Assembly (NCBI GenBank): GCA_041489155.1
Contig: JBGPQP010000011.1
Span: 1 to 29,235 of the forward strand
DNA: 29,235 nucleotides
Direction: 5' to 3'
DNA from: Candidatus Aenigmatarchaeota archaeon
GTDB lineage: Archaea; Aenigmatarchaeota; Aenigmatarchaeia; QMZP01; QMZT01
The position numbers and the translations under genes were made by a program. Each line of letters starts with the position of its first letter. Positions within the stretch are counted from its first letter, which is position 1. The notes under the pieces were generated by a model. That model was given only the letters and a program-made list of their open reading frames with translations. It did not search any database and had not been told where the DNA came from. Shown here in pieces: positions 1 through 8,498 of this stretch.

Positions 1-1
1 C

Positions 2-439
2 ATCGCAAGCGGACAAACATCGACTTTCTTCTCCGACATTGTCGGCAGCGATGGGATAATCTACGGCGTCGAGATTTCCGAGCGCTGCGTGCGCGATCTC
101 AATCCGGTCGCTGAAAAACGCGGCAACATCGTGCCCATTGTCGGCGACGCGAGGAAGCCCGAGGAATACGACTGGATAGAGAAGGTCGACGTCGTGTACG
201 AGGACGTCGCTTCCGACGACCAGAGTCCTATAATGATACGCAACTGCGAGAGGTTTTTGAAGCCGAATGGTTTTGCCATGATAGCGATCAAAGCCAGGTC
301 AATCGACGTTACTAGACGGCCGGAAGAAATCTACAGGCAGGAGATCGCGAAACTCGAGCAGCAGTTCAAGATTCTCGACAAGGTCAGACTCGACCCTTTC
401 GAGAAGGACCACATGTTCCTGGTCATGAAGAAAATCTAA
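2..439 (+). CDS. flpA: Fibrillarin-like rRNA/tRNA 2'-O-methyltransferase (5'-truncated by window edge)
   Basis: Frame is open from base 2: IASGQTSTFFSDIVG..IIYGVEISER..NIVPIVGDARKPEEY..VDVVYEDVA..DQ..IKARSIDVT..LDPFEKDH, the archaeal fibrillarin motifs. Confidence 0.95.
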   Translation: MASGQTSTFFSDIVGSDGIIYGVEISERCVRDLNPVAEKRGNIVPIVGDARKPEEYDWIEKVDVVYEDVASDDQSPIMIRNCERFLKPNGFAMIAIKARSIDVTRRPEEIYRQEIAKLEQQFKILDKVRLDPFEKDHMFLVMKKI

Positions 440-1245
440 ATTAACAACTCTTCAACTGGAACAACAAGTTTTCGGTTCTCTGACAGGGTTTTAAGATACT
501 TGCTGCCTATTTCAGGATTTTTCTGCAACAGGTCAGGATGTGCTTGGTTATCCGGAAGAGGTCTTATGTACTTTTTGTAAAGCTCTGCAACATTCTCTAC
601 ATAGGTCTTCCTCCTTTTTTCAGACTCTTCCAAAATTCCATTTACCTTCGCATCGGATATCAATCTCCCCTCAAGAGAGACTGCTTCAAGTATTGGCGCT
701 TTCATGTCATTCATAAGTGAGTATACATCAGAATAAATCTCCAGAAGCTCGCCGGAAAGCCTGACAGGTTCGTAAACATTCCTAATCGCCGTTCCTATAG
801 GTACAATCTTTTTCAGCTCTTCAGCCTCTTCCGGAGTCAGCCTTATGCATCCCTTTGAAAGCGCATGCCCCACGAACTCCTTGTGAGGAGAGCCATGTAT
901 GCCCCATCCTCCCCAGTCTTTACCATCAATTATGTTTTTCTTGAATTGCATCCAAGTTCCCGCAAAACTGTCGTTCCAGTCGGCCTTAGTTAGGATTTTG
1001 TATTCCCCGAGCGGCGTCCTAGTATCACCTAAAATGTTCTTGAAAATAAAAGGCATTCCCACCCCGACTTCATATCTTCTTATTTCTTGGCCGTTCTTGT
1101 GCAGGGTCATTGTGTATTGAGGTACATTGGTCACAAGAGAATATTCAGGCACGTCCTCACAGACCTCCAGCAAGATTTGAGGCCTTGCCAAAAAGACTGC
1201 AGAAAGAGCAGCCGCATCTTTCAGAAAACCCCTTCTGGACACCAT
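436..1245 (-). CDS. L,D-transpeptidase (YkuD-like) domain protein with N-terminal twin-arginine motif
   Basis: YkuD pattern: YEVGVG, TPLGEYKI, GIHGS...SKGCIRL, VPIGT. N-terminus is MVSRRGFLK. Confidence 0.85.
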   Translation of the reverse strand: MVSRRGFLKDAAALSAVFLARPQILLEVCEDVPEYSLVTNVPQYTMTLHKNGQEIRRYEVGVGMPFIFKNILGDTRTPLGEYKILTKADWNDSFAGTWMQFKKNIIDGKDWGGWGIHGSPHKEFVGHALSKGCIRLTPEEAEELKKIVPIGTAIRNVYEPVRLSGELLEIYSDVYSLMNDMKAPILEAVSLEGRLISDAKVNGILEESEKRRKTYVENVAELYKKYIRPLPDNQAHPDLLQKNPEIGSKYLKTLSENRKLVVPVEELLI

Positions 1246-1275
1246 TTTACTAATTAGTAGTTAAAAATAAAAGTC

Positions 1276-2370
1276 TTACTCTTCTAGGCCGGGCTTTTTC
1301 ATCAGTTCTGCTATTTTTCTTTCCAAGTCCTCTTTCATCTGTTTGCTGTCGTTTCTCTTTGAGTAAAAGTCCATTTTGGCTGCAAGCGAAAGCTTCGAAG
1401 AGATTAACCTTGCGACCTTCCCCTTCAGCGGCTTCGGCGCCTGCTGGATGAGCGGATGCGAAAAGAGGACGCCGTATTTCGGCGCCTTGCCTTGGTGTCT
1501 CAGATGGCGGAACAACGCTTTTTCCGCGCCGAGCAGCTGTATCGTCGAGCTCGGCATCTTCGCTATTTTCTCCATTCCGCCAGCCTGCGCGATCAGGCGC
1601 GATGCGAGCAGGGGACCGGCAACGGCCGAAAGGTTGGGCATAGTCTCTGCGCAGACGCGCTCGAGGTATTTGGATACCCTCTCCCTCGCCTTCGTCAGTT
1701 CGAGCACGGCCCTGGAGAAAACCTTCACGCTTTCCACGTCCTCCTCCGAGAAGTCCATGCCCACCGATTTCGAAGCGAGATACTCGACTGCCTTGTCCTT
1801 TATCCCGTCCCTTGCGCCGTGCTTTTCAACGATCGCTGCATAGCGCTCGTGGGATTTTATCTCCTTCGACATCTCTGGGAAATGGAGGCCATACCATTCG
1901 CGCAGCCGCTCGGAGAGCGAGTTTAGGTCGGCGTCCAGCTCGTCTATCACTCCTATTACCTGGATTATTATCTTGTCCTTGCCGACAGCTTTTATCTTCC
2001 TGCCGGCGAGGATTATGTTCACCTTCGTAAGCAAAGAGTTGAGCTCTGTCTGGTCCGAAACCCACTTGCTTTCAAGCGCCAGTCTTCTAAACTCGTTGGT
2101 CGCGATTTCCTTCCCCTTGTTTTGCGGGTCGTACGTGGTCGCGATTTTCTCGAAACTTGCGTGTTTGTCAAAGACGATTTCCTTGCAGCCGGCTTTGCGC
2201 AGCTCCTCGATTATCGCCTTCTCCTCCTCTATTATCTCGCCTTCCCTGGATCTGCTCAGCCTGTCGGCTATGTGGTCTGCGTCCTTGGGGAAAAGCTTTT
2301 TTGCAATGGTCCTGCCGCCTTCGTCGAAGGCGAAAACCCCGCATATGTTGGTCGCTACGTATGCTCTCAT
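1276..2370 (-). CDS. nop5: Nop5/Nop56/58 box C/D RNP core protein
   Basis: ERLREWYGLHFPE, PNLSAVAG..LASRLI, MPSSTIQLLGAEKALFRH, PKYGVLF, GKVAR..KLSLAAKMD. ATG at 2370 is preceded by a GGTGA SD-like motif. Confidence 0.95.
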   Translation of the reverse strand: MRAYVATNICGVFAFDEGGRTIAKKLFPKDADHIADRLSRSREGEIIEEEKAIIEELRKAGCKEIVFDKHASFEKIATTYDPQNKGKEIATNEFRRLALESKWVSDQTELNSLLTKVNIILAGRKIKAVGKDKIIIQVIGVIDELDADLNSLSERLREWYGLHFPEMSKEIKSHERYAAIVEKHGARDGIKDKAVEYLASKSVGMDFSEEDVESVKVFSRAVLELTKARERVSKYLERVCAETMPNLSAVAGPLLASRLIAQAGGMEKIAKMPSSTIQLLGAEKALFRHLRHQGKAPKYGVLFSHPLIQQAPKPLKGKVARLISSKLSLAAKMDFYSKRNDSKQMKEDLERKIAELMKKPGLEE

Positions 2371-2444
2371 GAAAATCACCCGGCCAGCCGGATTACTAAT
2401 TATTTGGTTCCGTTTTTTATAAAAGGGCCGCTCAAATATTTATT

Positions 2445-3272
2445 ATGGACGTTCAGAAGATAATACTCTTTCTCATAATAATAGTCCTCCTCGCCGGACT
2501 CGCCTTCGAGCTGAAATACATAGAGGAGATGCTCATAGGCGCGAGCCTGTCAATAGAAGAGCAATGCGAAAGGATGTGCTCAGAGAAGGGAGAGGTCGCG
2601 TACGTGTCCGGAAACTCATGCTACTGTAAGGAGCCCATCGTTTTTCAGAAGCAATGGAGGTGCTTCTGGAACGTCACGATGGCGGAGGACAGGATGTTTT
2701 CAGATAAGTTCAACGCAACCGAGGTTCGCAACATAGCAGTCAGGTCTGTCGTGAAATACTCAGTTCCCAACGCGCCCGCGACCAAGGTCTTCGGGGTTTA
2801 CAACGAGATTTCAAACAGGATATATTACATTTCTGACCCGAGGAAGGATGAATATATAGCGGATCCCATGGAAACATGGGACGCGATGGGTGGGGATTGC
2901 GATGATTTTTCGGTCCTGCTTGCCAGCATGTACGAGGCGATAGGCATGGATGCGAGCATAGTCGAGGTTTACAATCCCGACAAGGGGCATGTTTTCGTAA
3001 TCCTGTACGTGGAGCAAGACCTCGATTCGTTCCTTAAGTTCTACAAGACGATACTCGAGAAATACACGCCCTATTTCAGCGAGAAGCAGTTCAGTTTCAT
3101 AATGCTCGCCGAAACGCCTGCAGAGTGTCAGGCGCTTGAGAAAGAGCTCGAGACGGGCAAAAATATAAACTCCTTCTACCTCGTAATTGACAGCACCACG
3201 GGAGATTATCCCGGCAGCCACAACCCGTTCGAAGGGTACGCGAACGTCAAGTTCATAAAAATCGGCGAGTAG
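2445..3272 (+). CDS. Membrane-anchored transglutaminase-like (papain-fold) protein
   Basis: N-terminal hydrophobic helix; YISDP..EYIADPMET..GGDCDDFSVLLASM..GHVFV..IDST (Cys-His-Asp triad pattern). Confidence 0.8.
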   Translation: MDVQKIILFLIIIVLLAGLAFELKYIEEMLIGASLSIEEQCERMCSEKGEVAYVSGNSCYCKEPIVFQKQWRCFWNVTMAEDRMFSDKFNATEVRNIAVRSVVKYSVPNAPATKVFGVYNEISNRIYYISDPRKDEYIADPMETWDAMGGDCDDFSVLLASMYEAIGMDASIVEVYNPDKGHVFVILYVEQDLDSFLKFYKTILEKYTPYFSEKQFSFIMLAETPAECQALEKELETGKNINSFYLVIDSTTGDYPGSHNPFEGYANVKFIKIGE

Positions 3273-3461
3273 AGCCTCGCTTCTTGTGTAGGAAATAAAT
3301 ATTACATTCATATAAAATTTTAGTAATTTTTCAGGCCGGTTTAACAAACGGTTAATGTTCCAGGAAGGGGGGTGGTAGGAAGGCAGGGTATGAAAAATAG
3401 TACATTAATATAAATATTGAGGGGTATTGAGAATTAGAATTTTAAAAACCAAGCACAGCTT

Positions 3462-4517
3462 CTACTTATTTACGTGCTCCAAAATCCGCCTTTTGAATTC
3501 TTGCCAGTCGTTGACAAGCGCTCCTGCGGATTTCACGTGCCCGCCACCCGAGCCTATGCCATTTGAAGCGTTTTTCGCCAGGTCGCCGACGCTTATCTTC
3601 CCAGCCTGGTAGCGCAGGGAAATCTTCCACAGGTCGCCTGAGCGCTTCCTTATTATCACTATTTCCTCAGAATGCCTTTCAGCTGTGATGGTCGCAATTA
3701 TCGAGGTTATGTTCATCCTGCTCTTTATCTCGTATAGTACGACCTTCCCCTCGGCTTCCTTCCTTTTCTCAAAATCGTTGACAATTTTCTTTACCTCTCT
3801 CTGCACTATGACATTCCATTTTTTAAGATCTTCCGATTTCCTGACATCCTCGTATTTCTTGGCGCCGGAAAGAATTTTCAGCGATTTCTCGGCGCCAATG
3901 ACGCCTTTCAGGGTGATTGCCGATGAAAGGATATCAGAGGCACCGTAAAGGTCATTGCATGAAGGCCCGCCGTGTTTTTTGACGTATTGCTTGTATTCCT
4001 TGAACATCCAGCGGCAGTCCTTCATGCCGTAGTCGCCTATTATGCCGATTATGGAAATCCACATCGACGGCTTCACTTCGAAGCCCATGTGGCTGCACAA
4101 CTGATAAACGACGCAGGAAGCCGGTATGTAGGCGTCGCCCATGAACATGGGATTTATGTGGATGATGCGCTCGGAATTCATGTTCTTTATCGGTATGTGG
4201 TGGTCGAGAATCATTATTCTGAGGTCCGGAAGCTGGCTGCACAATTTCAGTATTTTTTCCCATTCTTGATCTACAGGCATGTCAAGGAAAACAAGGGCAT
4301 CAGGTCTTTTGGAAACGATTTCCCTGAAAAAATGAGAATCTATTATGGGTCCTTCCCTGGGAATGGTCTGGAAATCCGGGAAAAATTTCAGGAATATCGC
4401 CGCTGAGCATACGCCGTCTGCGTCCCTGTGATAAACTAGAATTTTCCTTCCTTTCTTCCCAAACCATGTCTTGATTTTTTCCGTGTCGGGTTTTCCTATA
4501 ATTTTCTTTGTCAGCAT
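3462..4517 (-). CDS. DHH/DHHA1 phosphoesterase (RecJ/GAN-like nuclease family)
   Basis: YHRDADG, FLDMP, ILDHH, GIIGD, KISLR, SGGGH..AG motifs. Confidence 0.9.
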   Translation of the reverse strand: MLTKKIIGKPDTEKIKTWFGKKGRKILVYHRDADGVCSAAIFLKFFPDFQTIPREGPIIDSHFFREIVSKRPDALVFLDMPVDQEWEKILKLCSQLPDLRIMILDHHIPIKNMNSERIIHINPMFMGDAYIPASCVVYQLCSHMGFEVKPSMWISIIGIIGDYGMKDCRWMFKEYKQYVKKHGGPSCNDLYGASDILSSAITLKGVIGAEKSLKILSGAKKYEDVRKSEDLKKWNVIVQREVKKIVNDFEKRKEAEGKVVLYEIKSRMNITSIIATITAERHSEEIVIIRKRSGDLWKISLRYQAGKISVGDLAKNASNGIGSGGGHVKSAGALVNDWQEFKRRILEHVNK

Positions 4518-4588
4518 AAACCTTAATTCTTGTAGCCGGGCCTTTTAAAGTTTTTATGGTGAGTAATTACTCTTTTTTTGGGTAGTAG

Positions 4589-4834
4589 TCAGGCTCCGCC
4601 TACGGGAAAGAAATAAACTATCAGCAAAAGGATTATGCCGAAGACCAACAGCGGCACGCCTGTCCACATGTTCTCGTTTCCGGACCCTAGAATCAGGAAG
4701 CCCACGACGAAGCCTACTACTATGAATATCACGGCTATCATCAAGGTCCAGTAGCCGCTCACTATGCCCAAAGCGTAAAGCGCGAGGAATACGAGAAAAA
4801 GGATGAAAACGGTCAGCGACGCTTTCCAAGTCAT
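4589..4834 (-). CDS. Small integral membrane protein (about 3 TM), unknown function
   Basis: 81 aa, three hydrophobic stretches; fills the gap between ileS and the DHH gene on the same strand. Confidence 0.7.
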   Translation of the reverse strand: MTWKASLTVFILFLVFLALYALGIVSGYWTLMIAVIFIVVGFVVGFLILGSGNENMWTGVPLLVFGIILLLIVYFFPVGGA

Positions 4835-4866
4835 ATTTTATATATCGGCTTTGCATTTTAAAAACG

Positions 4867-7800
4867 TTATTTCGCGTGCTTTCCCTCGCGTTCGTAACGC
4901 TCAAAATAAAGCTTAACTTTCTTGCCCTCGAACTCCAGCGTGCCTTTTATCGGAACTTTGTGAGGCAGGCCCCTGTGGATATTCTGCGCGCCCACCCCCC
5001 TCGCTATCGCGTCTTTGTTCTTTTCTATCATCGCCTCCGAGTGCTTGTCGGCCTCGAGCCAGAGCTCTATCTTTTCCTTTACGTTCAAGCCTTCCTTCTT
5101 TCTGGAAACCTGTATCGCCCTCATGAGCTCGCGCGCAAACGCCTTGTCCTCGAGCACGTCGCCGAAGGCAATCTCTCCGGCTTCGAAATCCAGCTTGTGC
5201 TTGCGGTCGATTTTCTTCACGAATTCGACCTTCTCGACATTCGCCATGGTCTTGAGCACGCTTTCCGTGTTCTTCAGGCTCTTTTCGCTTGCCTCGTCCT
5301 TCGCCTTCACGAAAAGCTCCGAGACGGGCCACTTGAGCTTTATGTCAAGTTTCTGGCGCAGCGCGTTCGCCGCCTCTATCGCGCTCTTCGTGGCTGTCAT
5401 GTCATTTTCGATGTCTTTCTCTATCAGGCCTTCGTCAGCGACAGGCCATGCGCACAGGTGCACCGACATTGGCCTGCCCTTCGCGAAGAAAAGCTTCTGG
5501 TAAATCTTCTCTGAAATGAAAGGCGTGACTGGCGCCAGAAGGCGCACCAGGTTTTCAAGCACGTAAAGAACGCTGAACTGCGCGCTTCGCTTGTCGCCGC
5601 CCTCGTACCATGGGGAAAGCCTATCGCGTACGATTTTGATGTACCAGCGCGAGAAATCGTTGAGTATGAATTCCTCGAAATCCTTGCCAGCATAGTGCAG
5701 GCGGAAGTTTTCCAGGTTGTCCGTCGTGCTTGCTATCAGTGAATTTATCCTCGAGATTATCCATTTGTCCTCCAGCGCAAGGTTCTTGAAGTTTATTTTT
5801 TCCTTCGCCAGCGAGGCATCCGAATAGCTCGCTGCGAACTCGCTCGTGTTCCATAAAACGTCGAGCACGCGCCGCAGCTCCTTGGCGATTTTCAGCGAGA
5901 ACAATTGCGTGTCCCAGGGAGCGACCGACCAGCAGTAATAAAGCCTGAGCACGTCCGACTCTACCGCCTTCAGCGCGTCTTCGGCGTAGACCACGTTGCC
6001 CAGCGATTTCGACATCTTCTCCCCTTTTTCGTCGAGGGTCCATCCGGTCATGCTCACGGCATCGTAGGGCTTCCTGTCAAACGCCCCGACGCCGCAGAAC
6101 ATCAGCGAATAGAACCATCCCCTTATCTGGTCCTGCGATTCGCATATCATGTCCACCGGCCACAGCGCTTCGAACAGCTGCTTGTTCCTGAACGGGTAGC
6201 CGAGCGAGGCCCACGGCGATATGCCGGAATCGAACCAGACGTTCATCGTATCAGCGACCCTTGTCATGCGCTTGCCGCACTGCGCGCATTTAAGATGGAT
6301 TTTGTCGACAGAGTTCTTGTGCAGGTCGACGTCCTCGTCTATCTTCTCCATAGCCTTTTCCTTCAGCTCCTTGCGCGACCCGATCACGTCCTTGTGACCG
6401 CACGAATCGCATATCCACACGGGCAGGGGGATACCCCAGAAGCGCTGCACGGAGATCGCCCAGTCCGCCGCGTTTTCCAGCCATTTGTCGAAACGCTCGC
6501 CGGCGAAATCCGGCAGCCACTTGACAGACCTGTTTTCCTTGAGCATCCTTTCCTTTATCATGTCCACGGCCAGGAACCACTGCCTGCTGAGACGGTATAT
6601 CAGAGCGGTCTTGCACCGCCAGCAGAGCGGATAAGAATGCGTGATCTTGATCACTTTCATCAGGTTTCCCCGCTCTTCCAGATAATTCATTATTTTTTCG
6701 TCAGCGTCCTTTACGAACATGCCGGCGAATTCGCCGGCATCCTGCGTCATCCGCCCCTCGTCATCGACTGGCGAGACCTTCGGAAGGTTGTAATGCTCGC
6801 CAATGCGGAAGTCGGTCTCGCCGTGGCCTGGCGCAGTATGCACGCAGCCGCTTCCGGCTTCCATGGTCACGAAGTCCTCGACGTTCTCGGCATCTTCCTC
6901 GCTTTTAATCTTTTCCTTGGTCAGCAGCTTGCCTGAAACGCCCTTCTTGAAAAGCGGGATGGAAAGTATGATCTGATGCGCTTTCGGATCCTTCCTGAGC
7001 TCTTCTTGGACGGGAATGTTCAGCACCGGCTCGTATTTCATGCCGGCGAGTTCCCTGCCCTTGAACTTCTCGACGATCTCGTACTTATCGATTTCAAGAT
7101 CGCTGAAAGTATCCTTCAGCCGCTTTTCGGCAAGAATAAAGTATTCGCCTCTCACCTTCGCCTTCACGTAAGTCTCGTCGCCGTTCACGGCAATCGCTAC
7201 GTTACCAGGCAGCGTCCACGGCGTTGTGGTCCAGATGATTACCGAGGTCATCTCCTGCCCCTGCAGCGGGAACTTTACGTAAATGGAATTGTCCGTGACG
7301 TCGCTGTAGGAATCGGTGACTTCATAGCCAGAAAGCGTCGTTTCGCAGCGCGGGCACCAGAAGACGGGTTTCTCGCCTTCGACCAGCATCCCCTTTTCCC
7401 ACATCTTCTTTATTGTCCACCAGCCGGACTCGAGATAATAATTCCTGTAGGTCATGTAAGGCTCCAGCCACCCCCTCCACGCACCAAGTTGCTTGTATGT
7501 GTCCATCCATATGCTCTTGTTGCCTTCGGCCATCGCCTTGCATTCCTCTATGAACCTGTCTATGCCTATGCGTTCGACTATGTCCTTCTTCGATTTCACG
7601 CCGAGCTTCTTCTCGACCGCGTGCTCGATTGGCAGGCCTCCGCAGTCGAAGCCCGGCTGCCACCAGCTCTCATGGCCCTGCATCATCTTGAACTTCGACC
7701 AAATGTCCTTCGTAGTCGTCGTTTTCACGTGGCCGACGTGCGGCACGCCGTTGACGTATGGCGGGCCGTCGAGCAGGTAGAATTTCTTCCTCCTGGCGCC

Positions 7801-7902
7801 GAGCTTCTTCGCGTCGAAGTGTACGATGCCCTCCGGTATCCGATTCTCTGCCCAGAACTTCAGCATCTCCTCCTGCAGCTTCCTCGGCTCGTATCTCTCC
7901 AT
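4867..7902 (-). CDS. ileS: Isoleucyl-tRNA synthetase
   Basis: DGPPYVNG.PHVGH (HIGH), GFDCGGLPIE, WTTTPWTLPGN, GSGCVHTAPGHG, DWAISVQRFWGIPLPVW, DQIRGWF, KMSKSLGN. ATG 7902 has an AGGTG SD-like motif. Confidence 0.97.
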   Translation of the reverse strand: MERYEPRKLQEEMLKFWAENRIPEGIVHFDAKKLGARRKKFYLLDGPPYVNGVPHVGHVKTTTTKDIWSKFKMMQGHESWWQPGFDCGGLPIEHAVEKKLGVKSKKDIVERIGIDRFIEECKAMAEGNKSIWMDTYKQLGAWRGWLEPYMTYRNYYLESGWWTIKKMWEKGMLVEGEKPVFWCPRCETTLSGYEVTDSYSDVTDNSIYVKFPLQGQEMTSVIIWTTTPWTLPGNVAIAVNGDETYVKAKVRGEYFILAEKRLKDTFSDLEIDKYEIVEKFKGRELAGMKYEPVLNIPVQEELRKDPKAHQIILSIPLFKKGVSGKLLTKEKIKSEEDAENVEDFVTMEAGSGCVHTAPGHGETDFRIGEHYNLPKVSPVDDEGRMTQDAGEFAGMFVKDADEKIMNYLEERGNLMKVIKITHSYPLCWRCKTALIYRLSRQWFLAVDMIKERMLKENRSVKWLPDFAGERFDKWLENAADWAISVQRFWGIPLPVWICDSCGHKDVIGSRKELKEKAMEKIDEDVDLHKNSVDKIHLKCAQCGKRMTRVADTMNVWFDSGISPWASLGYPFRNKQLFEALWPVDMICESQDQIRGWFYSLMFCGVGAFDRKPYDAVSMTGWTLDEKGEKMSKSLGNVVYAEDALKAVESDVLRLYYCWSVAPWDTQLFSLKIAKELRRVLDVLWNTSEFAASYSDASLAKEKINFKNLALEDKWIISRINSLIASTTDNLENFRLHYAGKDFEEFILNDFSRWYIKIVRDRLSPWYEGGDKRSAQFSVLYVLENLVRLLAPVTPFISEKIYQKLFFAKGRPMSVHLCAWPVADEGLIEKDIENDMTATKSAIEAANALRQKLDIKLKWPVSELFVKAKDEASEKSLKNTESVLKTMANVEKVEFVKKIDRKHKLDFEAGEIAFGDVLEDKAFARELMRAIQVSRKKEGLNVKEKIELWLEADKHSEAMIEKNKDAIARGVGAQNIHRGLPHKVPIKGTLEFEGKKVKLYFERYEREGKHAK

Positions 7903-8012
7903 CGTAAGCACCTATGACTATAATTTATGATATAGATTATATTGATTATTTAAGTTTCGGCCCAGACTCTTGGGCAAAATACCTATAAAAAGCTTTTTGT
8001 GAAGGAATAAAC

Positions 8013-8234
8013 ATGGATGCCGAGAGAACGGCTAAAACTGCGCTTCTGATCGTGGGCCTGATAGTTTTCGTTGTCCTGGCGGTCGTGATGACAAGCGGGA
8101 TAACGGGGAACATAATTAAAGATGTCGAGAGCGCAACGACGCCCGTAATGGGCGCGGTTATTCTTGTGGCTTTCGTCGTCGCGGCTTTCCTTATCACTAG
8201 GGTCCTGGTTCCGGAAGGCAAATACCACGAGTAA
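8013..8234 (+). CDS. Small 2-TM membrane protein
   Basis: 73 aa, two hydrophobic helices linked by SGITGNIIKD; TATAAAA about 25 nt upstream. Confidence 0.7.
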   Translation: MDAERTAKTALLIVGLIVFVVLAVVMTSGITGNIIKDVESATTPVMGAVILVAFVVAAFLITRVLVPEGKYHE

Positions 8235-8306
8235 AGGCCCGCGCACCAACGAATTTAAAGCCGGATATTCCAATTCTAAAAAGGTGAAAAAGCGAAGGGT
8301 GAATTC

Positions 8307-8459
8307 ATGAAGGAAGATTTTCATTGCGTCGCGTGCGGCCACAACTTCGAATACGACTTCAGCGAAGGACAACACAAGGAAGTGGCCTGCCCGAAGTGCA
8401 AGCAGCTCTGGAAAATAGAAGACAAGACAGGCAGGTTCAGGCTTTCGATGTGGATATAA
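8307..8459 (+). CDS. Small zinc-ribbon protein (50 aa; not in ORF track)
   Basis: Translated by hand: MKEDFHCVACGHNFEYDFSEGQHKEVACPKCKQLWKIEDKTGRFRLSMWI; CxxC...CPxC; GGGTGA SD-like motif just upstream. Confidence 0.8.
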   Translation: MKEDFHCVACGHNFEYDFSEGQHKEVACPKCKQLWKIEDKTGRFRLSMWI

Positions 8460-8461
8460 AC

Positions 8462-8484
8462 AAAGCTCTTTAGAAAAGAGCTTT
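8462..8484. terminator. Perfect 10-bp inverted repeat between convergent genes
   Basis: AAAGCTCTTT-AGA-AAAGAGCTTT lies directly after the stop at 8459 and 14 nt before the convergent stop at 8499. The terminator role is inferred. Confidence 0.45.
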
Positions 8485-8498
8485 AGCAGAAAACGATA

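Noticed and set aside
4876..7917. Long antisense ORFs over ileS (similar ones over gap, pgk, ftsZ, ALDH and hydrogenase genes)
   Set aside because: Expected shadows of GC-rich codon usage; no motifs and fully overlapping well-supported genes.
7905..7960. AT-rich stretch as a possible Xer/dif site
   Set aside because: No 11-6-11 inverted-repeat structure; it is adequately explained as the divergent promoter region of ileS.
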